The notes under the pieces were generated by a model, which was given only the letters and a program-made list of their open reading frames with translations, made no database searches and had not been told where the DNA came from. Positions 1 through 13,843 of a stretch of DNA of 64,000 nt are shown one piece after another. Where the stretch lies: positions 421,786,001 to 421,850,000 of the forward strand of contig OZ024740.1 in the NCBI GenBank assembly GCA_964016885.1, written 5' to 3'. Position numbers and translations under genes: made by a program. Position 1 is the stretch's first letter; each line of letters begins with the position of its first letter. The stretch is from Eledone cirrhosa. Its lineage: Eukaryota.

Positions 1-852
1 GCTGCTACTTATTGCACCAGAGCACCGGCCACATGTAAAATCTATGTTCTTAGTTAGCTTACCTGTGATCCCACTACATCTTTTATGCACCCATACTTTG
101 CATTTGGGACATAAAATGGAGTTTCTACCTACGCCTTTCCTACACACTGAGCATGGCCATTTCCCCGATGGGACCGCCGCCTTATTTTCTTTCCTACAAA
201 CTAGAACTTTAGTCTTAGCCAGGTTAATTTTAAGGCCTTTTGATTCTAGGCCGTGCTTCCACGTTTGGAATTTCTTCTCTAGTTCGGTCATTGATTCAGC
301 TATGAGCGTTAGATCATCTGCGTATAGGAGTTCCCATGGGCAGCCGGTCTTGAACTCCTCTGTTATAGCCTGAAGGGCAATAATAAATAGTAGGGGGCTA
401 AGTACAGAGCCCTGATGGACACCAACTTTTATGCTAAACTCTTCACTATATTCGTTGTTAATTCTAACCTTACTGACTGTTTCTTTATACATGGCTTGTA
501 TAGCTCTCACAAGCCATTCGTCAACACCTAGTTTTCTAAGAGACCACTAGATAATGGAACGGGGGACTCTGTCGAAGGCTTTCTCCAAGTCGACAAAAGC
601 TAAGTATAGGGGTTTACTTTTAGCTAGGTACTTCTGTAGTTGTCGTACAATGAAAAGAGCGTCTGTGGTACTTTTGCCTGACACAAACCCGAACTGCATT
701 TCATCTAGATCAATTCTCTCTCTGATTAGTTGCGCTATTACTTTTTCCGTGACCTTCATGACCTGGTCGATTAATTTAATGCCTCTATAGTTACTCCTAT
801 CTAGGGCATCTCCTTTTCCCTTATAGCAGTTAACGATGATGCTGCTACGCCA
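1..852 (-). mobile_element. 5'-truncated RTE-clade LINE, copy T1 (partial; runs off the window start)
   Basis: Matches 3555-4406 (offset 3554). RT motifs QFGF, FVDLEKAFD, GVHQGSVLSPLLF and YADD on the minus strand. Premature TAG at 547-549. Same 5' truncation junction (..gctacgcca|ttgtcatatt) as T2 and T3. Confidence 0.95.
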
Positions 853-853
853 T

Positions 854-2414
854 TGTCATATTAAACCTACATAGAAAGGTGAATTAACTTAGATATATGT
901 GTCATATTAAACCTAAATAGAAAGGTGGATTACCATAGATATATGTGTCATATTAAACCTACATAGAAAGGTGGATTAACATAGATATATGTGTCATATT
1001 AAACCTTCATAGAAAGGTGGATTAACTTAGATATGTGTGTCATATTAAACCTAAATAGAAGGGTGGATTAACATAGATATATGTGTCATATTAAACCTAC
1101 ATAGAAAGGTGAATTAACTTAGATATATGTGTCATATTAAACCTAAATAGAAAGGTGGATTAACATAGATATATGTGTCATATTAAACCTACATAGAAAG
1201 GTGGATTAATATAGATATATGTGTCATATTAAACCTACATAGAAAGGTGGATTAACATAGATATATGTGTCATATTAAACCTACATAGAAAGGTGAATTA
1301 ACTTAGATATATGTGTCATATTAAACCTACATAGAAAGGTGGATTAACTTAGATATATGTGTCATATTAAACCTACATAGAAAGATGAATTAACTTAGAT
1401 ATATGTGTCATATTAAACCTACATAGAAAGGTGGAGTAACATAGATATATGTGTCATATAAAACCTACATAGAAAGGTGGATTAACATAGATATATGTGT
1501 CATATTAAACCAACATAGAAAGGTGGATTAACATAGATATACGTGTCGTATTAAACCTACATAGAAAGGTGGATTAACATAGATATATGTGTCATATTAA
1601 ACCTACATAGAAAGGTGAATTAACTTAGATATATGTGTCATATTAAACCTACATAGAAAGGTGGATTAACTTAGATATATGTGTCATATTAAACCTACAT
1701 AGAAAGATGAATTAACTTAGATATATGTGTCATATTAAACCTACATAGAAAGGTGGATTAACTTAGATATATGTGTCATATTAAACCTACATAGAAAGAT
1801 GAATTAACTTAGATATATGTGTCATATTAAACCTACATAGAAAGGTGAATTAACTTAGATATATGTGTCATATTAAACCTACATAGAAAGGTGGATTAAT
1901 ATAGATATATGTGTCATATTAAACCTACATAGAAAGGTGGATTAACATAGATATATGTGTCATATTAAACCTACATAGAAAGGTGAATTAACTTAGATAT
2001 ATGTGTCATATTAAACCTACATAGAAAGGTGGATTAACTTAGATATATGTGTCATATTAAACCTACATAGAAAGATGAATTAACTTAGATATATGTGTCA
2101 TATTAAACCTACATAGAAAGGTGAATTAACTTAGATATATGTGTCATATTAAACCTACATAGAAAGGAGGATTAACTTAGATATATGTGTCATATTAAAC
2201 CTACATAGAAAGGTGAATTAACTTAGATATATGTGTCATATTAAACCTACATGGAAAGGTGGATTAACGTAGATATATGTGTCATATTAAACCTACATAG
2301 AAAGATGAATTAACTTAGATATATGTGTCATATTAAACCTACATAGAAAGGTGAATTAACTTAGATATATGTGTCATATTAAACCTACATAGAAAGGTGG
2401 ATTAACTTAGATAT
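854..2414. repeat. 46-bp satellite array, segment 1
   Basis: Tandem GTGTCATATTAAACCTACATAGAAAGGTGRATTAACWTAGATATAT; the 46-bp period was counted directly. Confidence 0.99.
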
Positions 2415-2521
2415 CATCATCATCATCATCATCATCAGGTTTAGCGTCCGTGTTCCACGCTTGCATGGGTTTGGACGGGGGTTTTCCCACTTGAGGCAAG
2501 AGTGGTTGTCTTGCTCGCATA

Positions 2522-2746
2522 GGACTGTCTGGCGGGTTTTCTACAGTTGGATGCCCTTCCTAACACCAACCACATTTACAGTGTGGGGCTGGGAGGTTTT
2601 TATCGTGTTGCCTACACGGCCACATTACAGCGTGGACTGTCTGGCGGGTTTTCTACAGCTGGATGCCCTTCCTAACACCAACCACATTTACAGTGCGGGG
2701 CTGGGAGGTTTTTACCGTGTTGCCTACACGGCCACATTTACAGCGT
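2522..2746. repeat. ~112-bp tandem duplication in the 3'UTR of the truncated LINE variant
   Basis: The unit starting GGACTGTCTGGCGGGTTTTCTACAG occurs at 2522 and again at 2634. It is also doubled in T3 but single in the full-length copies. Confidence 0.9.
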
Positions 2747-2921
2747 GGACTGTGTGTTTTTTGTCATGACACCTACACGATCTCATTTGTTTCGGCCTGG
2801 ATGTTGTGGGACCAACATAACTTTACATTGAAAGGGGCGGTGTGGGTGGGGTGGAGGTGGTGGGACGGGGGTGTGTTTTGATAGAGATGCCTACTGACTG
2901 TAGTAGGTTTTTACTTTGTAT

Positions 2922-4406
2922 TTAGGTAAGGCGGGTCTTCTCTATTACTGAGTACCGCCAAAGGTCTCGGTCCAGTGACATTGTCTTGGAGAGGTGTAAG
3001 CGTGTGAGGTCGGAATTTATCAGCTCGTCCCATGTTTTTCTGGGTCTGCCTACTCCGTGGCTACCGTCTATCTTTATTGCCCTGCACTTTGTTATACAGC
3101 TGTCGTCTTTCATGCGCATCACGTGACCGTACCAACGTAGCCTTCTCTCGAGTAAACAACATCTGATCCCTCTTATTTCTAATTTTTTCCTTAGTTCGTT
3201 TATGCTTTGCCGTTCACGTATACTACTATTGCACATCCAGCGGAGCATGCAAGCTTCGTTCCTCTCTAGTCTGCGTATATCCTCTGCACACAATGCCCAG
3301 GTCTCACTGCCATGCAGCATTGCTGTTCGTATGCAGGCATCGTATAACCTGCCTTTCATTTTTAGGGAGAACCCTCTAGCGGCTAATAGTGGTATAAGCT
3401 CTCTGAACTTTTTCCATCCAGTTCTGACTCTAGCTACTGTACTTTCAGAGCACCCTCCCCCACTGCTGATTTTGTCACCCAGATAACGGAAGCTGTCCAC
3501 TATTTCTATAGAACCCTCTGCGCAGTTGAAGGAGCTAGTATTTTGTGGGCACTTGCTGCTACTTATTGCACCAGAGCACCGGCCACATGTAAAATCTATG
3601 TTCTTAGTTAGCTTACCTGTGATCCCACTACATCTTTTATGCACCCATACTTTGCATTTGGGACATAAAATGGAGTTTCTACCTACGCCTTTCCTACACA
3701 CTGAGCATGGCCATTTCCCCGATGGGACCGCCGCCTTATTTTCTTTCCTACAAACTAGAACTTTAGTCTTAGCCAGGTTAATTTTAAGGCCTTTTGATTC
3801 TAGGCCGTGCTTCCACGTTTGGAATTTCTTCTCTAGTTCGGTCATTGATTCAGCTATGAGCGTTAGATCATCTGCGTATAGGAGTTCCCATGGGCAGCCG
3901 GTCTTGAACTCCTCTGTTATAGCCTGAAGGGCAATAATAAATAGTAGGGGGCTAAGTACAGAGCCCTGATGGACACCAACTTTTATGCTAAACTCTTCAC
4001 TATATTCGTTGTTAATTCTAACCTTACTGACTGTTTCTTTATACATGGCTTGTATAGCTCTCACAAGCCATTCGTCAACACCTAGTTTTCTAAGAGACCA
4101 CTAGATAATGGAACGGGGGACTCTGTCGAAGGCTTTCTCCAAGTCGACAAAAGCTAAGTATAGGGGTTTACTTTTAGCTAGGTACTTCTGTAGTTGTCGT
4201 ACAATGAAAAGAGCGTCTGTGGTACTTTTGCCTGACACAAACCCGAACTGCATTTCATCTAGATCAATTCTCTCTCTGATTAGTTGCGCTATTACTTTTT
4301 CCGTGACCTTCATGACCTGGTCGATTAATTTAATGCCTCTATAGTTACTCCTATCTAGGGCATCTCCTTTTCCCTTATAGCAGTTAACGATGATGCTGCT
4401 ACGCCA
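2922..4406 (-). pseudogene. Disrupted RT ORF of LINE copy T2
   Basis: ORF-track pieces 4101..4313 and 2922..4064 are one frame broken by TGG->TAG at 4101-4103. There is also a one-codon deletion (QLQ-KYL versus QLQEKYL). No endonuclease domain. Confidence 0.92.
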
Positions 4407-4407
4407 T

Positions 4408-7400
4408 TGTCATATTAAACCTACATAGAAAGGTGAATTAACTTAGATATATGTGTCATATTAAACCTAAATAGAAAGGTGGATTACCATAGATATATGT
4501 GTCATATTAAACCTACATAGAAAGGTGGATTAACATAGATATATGTGTCATATTAAACCTTCATAGAAAGGTGGATTAACTTAGATATGTGTGTCATATT
4601 AAACCTAAATAGAAGGGTGGATTAACATAGATATATGTGTCATATTAAACCTACATAGAAAGGTGAATTAACTTAGATATATGTGTCATATTAAACCTAA
4701 ATAGAAAGGTGGATTAACATAGATATATGTGTCATATTAAACCTACATAGAAAGGTGAATTAACTTAGATATGTGTCATATTAAACCTTCATGGAAAGGT
4801 GGATTAACATAGATATATGTGTCATATTAAACCTACATAGAAAGGTGGATTAACATAGATATGTGTGTCATATTAAACCTAAATAGAAGGGTGGATTAAC
4901 ATAGATATATGTGTCATATTAAACCTACATAGAAAGGTGAATTAACTTAGATATGTGTCATATTAAACCTTCATGGAAAGGTGGATTAACATAGATATAT
5001 GTGTCATATTAAACCTACATAGAAAGGTGGATTAACATAGATATATGTGTCATATTAAACCTACATAGAAAGGTGGAGTAACATAGTTATATGTGTCATA
5101 TTAAACCTACATAGAAAGGTGGATTAACATAGATATATGTGTCATATTAAACCAACATAGAAAGGTGGATTAACATAGATATACGTGTCATATTAAACCT
5201 ACATAGAAAGGTGAATTAACTTAGATATATGTGTCATATTAAACCTACATAGAAAGGTGGATTAACATAGATATATGTGTCATATTAAACCTACATAGAA
5301 AGGTGGATTAACATAGATATATGTGTCATATTAAACCTACATAGAAAGGTGAATTAACTTAGATATATGTGTCATATTAAACCTACATAGAAAGGTGAAT
5401 TAACTTAGATATATGTGTCATATTAAACCTACATAGAAAGGTGGATTAACATAGATATATGTGTCATATTAAACCTACATAGAAAGGTGAATTAATATAG
5501 ATATATGTGTCATATTAAACCTACATAGAAAGGTGGATTAACATAGATATATGTGTCATATTAAACCTACATAGAAAGGTGAATTAACTTAGATATATGT
5601 GTCATATTAAACCTACATAGAAAGGTGGATTAACATAGATATACGTGTCATATTAAACCTACATAGAAAGGTGAATTAACTTAGATATATGTGTCATATT
5701 AAACCTACATAGAAAGGTGGATTAATATAGATATATGTGTCATATTAAACCTACATAGAAAGGTGGATTAACATAGATATATGTGTCATATTAAACCTAC
5801 ATAGAAAGGTGAATTAACTTAGATATATGTGTCATATTAAACCTACATAGAAAGGTGGATTAACTCAGATATATGTGTCATATTAAACCTACATAGAAAG
5901 ATGAATTAACTTAGATATATGTGTCATATTAAACCTAAATAGAAAGGTGGATTAACATAGATATATGTGTCATATTAAACCTACATAGAAAGGTGAATTA
6001 ACTTAGATATGTGTCATATTAAACCTTCATGGAAAGGTGGATTAACATAGATATATGTGTCATATTAAACCTACATAGAAAGGTGGATTAACATAGATAT
6101 GTGTGTCATATTAAACCTAAATAGAAGGGTGGATTAACATAGATATATGTGTCATATTAAACCTACATAGAAAGGTGAATTAACTTAGATATGTGTCATA
6201 TTAAACCTTCATGGAAAGGTGGATTAACATAGATATATGTGTCATATTAAATCTACATAGAAAGGTGGATTAACATAGATATATGTGTCATATTAAACCT
6301 ACATAGAAAGGTGGAGTAACATAGTTATATGTGTCATATTAAACCTACATAGAAAGGTGGATTAACATAGATATATGTGTCATATTAAACCAACATAGAA
6401 AGGTGGATTAACATAGATATACGTGTCATATTAAACCTACATAGAAAGGTGAATTAACTTAGATATATGTGTCATATTAAACCTACATAGAAAGGTGGAT
6501 TAACATAGATATATGTGTCATATTAAACCTACATAGAAAGGTGGATTAACATAGATATATGTGTCATATTAAACCTACATAGAAAGGTGAATTAACTTAG
6601 ATATATGTGTCATATTAAACCTACATAGAAAGGTGAATTAACTTAGATATATGTGTCATATTAAACCTACATAGAAAGGTGGATTAACATAGATATATGT
6701 GTCATATTAAACCTACATAGAAAGGTGAATTAATATAGATATATGTGTCATATTAAACCTACATAGAAAGGTGGATTAACATAGATATATGTGTCATATT
6801 AAACCTACATAGAAAGGTGAATTAACTTAGATATATGTGTCATATTAAACCTACATAGAAAGGTGGATTAACATAGATATACGTGTCATATTAAACCTAC
6901 ATAGAAAGGTGAATTAACTTAGATATATGTGTCATATTAAACCTACATAGAAAGGTGGATTAATATAGATATATGTGTCATATTAAACCTACATAGAAAG
7001 GTGGATTAACATAGATATATGTGTCATATTAAACCTACATAGAAAGGTGAATTAACTTAGATATATGTGTCATATTAAACCTACATAGAAAGGTGGATTA
7101 ACTCAGATATATGTGTCATATTAAACCTACATAGAAAGATGAATTAACTTAGGTATATGTGTCATATTAAACCTACATAGAAAGGTGAATTAACTTAGAT
7201 ATATGTGTCATATTAAACCTACATAGAAAGGTGGATTAACTTAGATATGTGTGTCATATTAAACCTACATAGAAAGGTGAATTAACTTAGATATATGTGT
7301 CATATTAAACCTAAATAGAAAGGTGGATTAACATAGATATATGTGTCATATTAAACCTACATAGAAAGGTGAATTAACTTAGATATATGTGTCATATTAA

Positions 7401-10400
7401 ACCTTCATGGAAAGGTGGATTAACATAGATATATGTGTCATATTAAACCTACATAGAAAGGTGGATTAACATAGATATATGTGTCATATTAAACCTACAT
7501 AGAAAGGTGGAGTAACATAGATATATGAGTCATATTAAACCTACATAGAAATGTGGATTAACATAGATATATGTGTCATATTAAACCTACATAGAAAGGT
7601 GAATTAACATAGATATATGTGTCATATTAAACCTACATAGAAAGGTGGAGTAACATAGATATATGTGTCATATTAAACCTACATAGAAAGGTGAATTAAC
7701 TTAGATATATGTGTCATATTAAACCTTCATGGAAAGGTGGATTAACATAGATATATGTGTCATATTAAACCTACATAGAAAGGTGGATTAACATAGATAT
7801 ATGTGTCATATTAAACCTACATAGAAAGGTGGAGTAACATAGATATATGTGTCATATTAAACCTACATAGAAAGGTGGAGTAACATAGATATATGTGTCA
7901 TATTAAACCAACATAGAAAGGTGGATTAACATAGATATACGTGTCATATTAAACCTACATAGAAAGGTGAATTAACTTAGATATATGTGTCATATTAAAC
8001 CTACATAGAAAGGTGGATTAACATAGATATATGTGTCATATTAAACCTACATAGAAAGGTGGATTAACATAGATATATGTGTCATATTAAACCTACATAG
8101 AAAGGTGAATTAACTTAGATATATGTGTCATATTAAACCTACATAGAAAGGTGAATTAACTTAGATATATGTGTCATATTAAACCTACATAGAAAGGTGG
8201 ATTAACATAGATATATGTGTCATATTAAACCTACATAGAAAGGTGAATTAATATAGATATATGTGTCATATTAAACCTACATAGAAAGGTGGATTAACAT
8301 AGATATGTGTGTCATATTAAACCTAAATAGAAGGGTGGATTAACATAGATATATGTGTCATATTAAACCTACATAGAAAGGTGAATTAAGTTAGATATAT
8401 GTGTCATATTAAACCTACATAGAAAGGTGAATTAACTTAGATATATGTGTCATATTAAACCTACATAGAAAGGTGGATTAACATAGATATATGTGTCATA
8501 TTAAACCTACATAGAAAGGTGAATTAATATAGATATATGTGTCATATTAAACCTACATAGAAAGGTGGATTAACATAGATATGTGTGTCATATTAAACCT
8601 AAATAGAAGGGTGGATTAACATAGATATATGTGTCATATTAAACCTACATAGAAAGGTGAATTAACTTAGATATGTGTCATATTAAACCTTCATGGAAAG
8701 GTGGATTAACATAGATATATGTGTCATATTAAACCTACATAGAAAGGTGGATTAACATAGATATATGTGTCATATTAAACCTACATAGAAAGGTGGAGTA
8801 ACATAGTTATATGTGTCATATTAAACCTACATAGAAAGGTGGATTAACATAGATATATGTGTCATATTAAACCAACATAGAAAGGTGGATTAACATAGAT
8901 ATACGTGTCATATTAAACCTACATAGAAAGGTGAATTAACTTAGATATATGTGTCATATTAAACCTACATAGAAAGGTGGATTAACATAGATATATGTGT
9001 CATATTAAACCTACATAGAAAGGTGGATTAACATAGATATATGTGTCATATTAAACCTACATAGAAAGGTGAATTAACTTAGATATATGTGTCATATTAA
9101 ACCTACATAGAAAGGTGAATTAACTTAGATATATGTGTCATATTAAACCTACATAGAAAGGTGGATTAACATAGATATATGTGTCATATTAAACCTACAT
9201 AGAAAGGTGAATTAATATAGATATATGTGTCATATTAAACCTACATAGAAAGGTGGATTAACATAGATATATGTGTCATATTAAACCTACATAGAAAGGT
9301 GAATTAACTTAGATATATGTGTCATATTAAACCTACATAGAAAGGTGGATTAACATAGATATACGTGTCATATTAAACCTACATAGAAAGGTGAATTAAC
9401 TTAGATATATGTGTCATATTAAACCTACATAGAAAGGTGGATTAATATAGATATATGTGTCATATTAAACCTACATAGAAAGGTGAATTAACTTAGATAT
9501 ATGTGTCATATTAAACCTACATAGAAAGGTGGATTAACTCAGATATATGTGTCATATTAAACCTACATAGAAAGATGAATTAACTTAGATATATGTGTCA
9601 TATTAAACCTACATAGAAAGGTGAATTAACTTAGATATATGTGTCATATTAAACCTACATAGAAAGGTGGATTAACTTAGATATGTGTGTCATATTAAAC
9701 CTACATAGAAAGGTGAATTAACTTAGATATATGTGTCATATTAAACCTAAATAGAAAGGTGGATTAACATAGATATGTGTCATATTAAACCTACATAGAA
9801 AGGTGAATTAACTTAGATATATGTGTCATATTAAACCTTCATGGAAAGGTGGATTAACATAGATATATGTGTCATATTAAACCTACATAGAAAGGTGGAT
9901 TAACATAGATATATGTGTCATATTAAACCTACATAGAAAGGTGGAGTAACATAGATATATGTGTCATATTAAACCTACATAGAAATGTGGATTAACATAG
10001 ATATATGTGTCATATTAAACCTACATAGAAAGGTGAATTAACATAGATATATGTGTCATATTAAACCTACATAGAAAGGTGGATTAACATAGATATATGT
10101 GTCATATTAAACCTACATAGAAAGGTGGAGTAACATAGATATATGTGTCATATTAAACCTACATAGAAATGTGGATTAACATAGATATATGTGTCATATT
10201 AAACCAACATAGAAAGGTGGATTAACATAGATATACGTGTCATATTAAACCTACATAGAAAGGTGAATTAACTTAGATATATGTGTCATATTAAACCTAC
10301 ATAGAAAGGTGGATTAACATAGATATATGTGTCATATTAAACCTACATAGAAAGGTGGATGAACATAGATATATGTGTCATATTAAACCTACATAGAAAG

Positions 10401-11844
10401 GTGAATTAACTTAGATATATGTGTCATATTAAACCTACATAGAAAGGTGAATTAACTTAGATATATGTGTCATATTAAACCTACATAGAAAGGTGGATTA
10501 ACATAGATATATGTGTCATATTAAACCTACATAGAAAGGTGAATTAATATAGATATATGTGTCATATTAAACCTACATAGAAAGGTGGATTAACATAGAT
10601 ATATGTGTCATATTAAACCTACATAGAAAGGTGAATTAACTTAGATATATGTGTCATATTAAACCTACATAGAAAGGTGGATTAACATAGATATACGTGT
10701 CATATTAAACCTACATAGAAAGGTGAATTAACTTAGATATATGTGTCATATTAAACCTACATAGAAAGGTGGATTAATATAGATATATGTGTCATATTAA
10801 ACCTACATAGAAAGGTGGATTAACATAGATATATGTGTCATATTAAACCTACATAGAAAGGTGAATTAACTTAGATATATGTGTCATATTAAACCTACAT
10901 AGAAAGGTGGATTAACTTAGATATATGTGTCATATTAAACCTACATAGAAAGGTGAATTAACTTAGATATATGTGTCATATTAAACCTACATAGAAAGGT
11001 GAATTAACTTAGATATATGTGTCATATTAAACCTACATAGAAAGGTGGATTAACTTAGATATGTGTGTCATATTAGACCTACATAGAAAGGTGAATTAAC
11101 TTAGATATATGTGTCATATTAAACCTAAATAGAAAGGTGGATTAACATAGATATATGTGTCATATTAAACCTACATAGAAAGGTGAATTAACTTAGATAT
11201 ATGTGTCATATTAAACCTTCATGGAAAGGTGGATTAACATAGATATATGTGTCATATTAAACCTACATAGAAAGGTGGATTAACTTAGATATATGTGTCA
11301 TATTAAACCTACATAGAAAGGTGGATTAACATAGATATATGTGTCATATTAAACCTACATAGAAAGGTGGATTAACATAGATATATGTGTCATATTAAAC
11401 CTACATAGAAAGGTGAATTAACTTAGATATATGTGTCATATTAAACCTACATAGAAAGGTGGATTAACTTAGATATATGTGTCATATTAAACCTACATAG
11501 AAAGATGAATTAACTTAGATATATGTGTCATATTAAACCTACATAGAAAGGTGGATTAACTTAGATATATGTGTCATATTAAACCTACATAGAAAGATGA
11601 ATTAACTTAGATATATGTGTCATATTAAACCTACATAGAAAGGTGAATTAACTTAGATATATGTGTCATATTAAACCTACATAGAAAGGTGGATTAATAT
11701 AGATATATGTGTCATATTAAACCTACATAGAAAGGTGGATTAACATAGATATATGTGTCATATTAAACCTACATAGAAAGGTGAATTAACTTAGATATAT
11801 GTGTCATATTAAACCTACATAGAAAGGTGGATTAACTTAGATAT
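4408..11844. repeat. 46-bp satellite array, segment 2
   Basis: Continuous tandem monomers, with occasional 44-bp variants lacking one dinucleotide. Confidence 0.99.
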
Positions 11845-13842
11845 CATCATCATCATCATCATCATCATCAGGTTTAGCGTCCGTGTTCCACGCTTGCATG
11901 GGTTTGGACGGGGGTTTTCCCACTTGAGGCAAGAGTGGTTGTCTTGCTCGCATAGGACTGTCTGGCGGGTTTTCTACAGTTGGATGCCCTTCCTAACACC
12001 AACCACATTTACAGTGTGGGGCTGGGAGGTTTTTATCGTGTTGCCTACACGGCCACATTACAGCGTGGACTGTCTGGCGGGTTTTCTACAGCTGGCTGCC
12101 CTTCCTAACACCAACCGCATTTACAGTGTGGGGCTGGGAGGTTTTTACCGTGTTGCCTACACGGCCACATTTACAGCGTGGACTGTGTGTTTTTTGTCGT
12201 GACACCTACACGATCTCATTTGTTTCGGCCTGGATGTTGTGGGACCAACATAACTTTACATTGAAAGGGGCGGTGTGGGTGGGGTGGAGGTGGTGGGACG
12301 GGGGTGTGTTTTGATAGAGATGCCTACTGACTGTAGTAGGTTTTTACTTTGTATTTAGGTAAGGCGGGTCTTCTCTATTACTGAGTACCGCCAAAGGTCT
12401 CGGTCCAGTGACATTGTCTTGGAGAGGTGTAAGCGTGTGAGGTCGGAATTTATCAGCTCGTCCCATGTTTTTCTGGGTCTGCCTACTCCGTGGCTACCGT
12501 CTATCTTTATTGCCCTGCACTTTGTTATACAGCTGTCGTCTTTCATGCGCATCACGTGACCGTACCAACGTAGCCTTCTCTCGAGTAAACAACATCTGAT
12601 CCCTCTTATTTCTAATTTTTTCCTTAGTTCGTTTATGCTTTGCCGTTCACGTATATTACTATTGCACATCCAGCGGAGCATGCAAGCTTCGTTCCTCTCT
12701 AGTCTGCGTATATCCTCTGCACACAATGCCCAGGTCTCACTGCCATGCAGCATTGCTGTTCGTATGCAGGCATCGTATAACCTGCCTTTCATTTTTAGGG
12801 AGAACCCTCTAGCGGCTAATAGTGGTATAAGCTCTCTGAACTTTTTCCATCCAGTTCTGACTCTAGCTACTGTACTTTCAGAGCACCCTCCCCCACTGCT
12901 GATTTTGTCACCCAGATAACGGAAGCTGTCCACTATTTCTATAGAACCCTCTGCGCAGTTGAAGGAGCTAGTATTTTGTGGGCACTTGCTGCTACTTATT
13001 GCACCAGAGCACCGGCCACATGTAAAATCTATGTTCTTAGTTAGCTTACCTGTGATCCCACTACATCTTTTATGCACCCATACTTTGCATTTGGGACATA
13101 AAATGGAGTTTCTACCTACGCCTTTCCTACACACTGAGCATGGCCATTTCCCCGATGGGACCGCCGCCTTATTTTCTTTCCTACAAACTAGAACTTTAGT
13201 CTTAGCCAGGTTAATTTTAAGGCCTTTTGATTCTAGGCCGTGCTTCCACGTTTGGAATTTCTTCTCTAGTTCGGTCATTGATTCAGCTATGAGCGTTAGA
13301 TCATCTGCGTATAGGAGTTCCCATGGGCAGCCGGTCTTGAACTCCTCTGTTATAGCCTGAAGGGCAATAATAAATAGTAGTGGGCTAAGTACAGAGCCCT
13401 GATGGACACCAACTTTTACGCTAAACTCTTCACTATATTCGTTGTTAATTCTAACCTTACTGACTGTTTCTTTATACATGGCTTGTATAGCTCTCACAAG
13501 CCATTCGTCAACACCTAGTTTTCTAAGAGACCACCAGATAATGGAACGGGGGACTCTGTCGAAGGCTTTCTCCAAGTCGACAAAAGCTAAGTATAGGGGT
13601 TTACTTTTAGCTAGGTACTTCTCCTGTAGTTGTCGTACAATGAAAAGAGCGTCTGTGGTACTTTTGCCTGACACAAACCCGAACTGCATTTCATCTAGAT
13701 CAATTCTCTCTCTGATTAGTTGCGCTATTACTTTTTCCGTGACCTTCATGACCTGGTCGATTAATTTAATGCCTCTATAGTTACTCCTATCTAGGGCATC
13801 TCCTTTTCCCTTATAGCAGTTAACGATGATGCTGCTACGCCA
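11845..13842 (-). mobile_element. 5'-truncated RTE-clade LINE, copy T3
   Basis: Same 3' and 5' junctions as T2. It is 6 bp longer: one extra CAT in the tail and a retained Glu codon. Confidence 0.96.
12355..13842 (-). pseudogene. 5'-truncated but uninterrupted RT frame of LINE copy T3
   Basis: ORF 12355..13749 (464 aa) has all RT motifs including YADD and YLG plus the C4HC3 finger. It lacks the endonuclease domain and 5'UTR. Confidence 0.88.
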
Positions 13843-13843
13843 T

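Larger units (their letters stand above)
2415..4406 (-). mobile_element. 5'-truncated RTE-clade LINE, copy T2 (RT region, 3'UTR and (GAT)n tail)
   Basis: (CAT)n at 2415-2437 is the 3' tail on the minus strand. 3'UTR spans about 2438-2921. The RT-coding region 2922-4406 is homologous to the 991-aa ORF, and the copy is truncated just upstream of the RT core. Confidence 0.96.

Noticed and set aside
5238-5266. Satellite monomer as a miniature piggyBac-like unit (TTAA-ACCT..AGGT-GGA-TTAA dyad)
   Set aside because: The dyad is only 4 bp, is asymmetric and does not match the resident piggyBac TIR. It is expected by chance.
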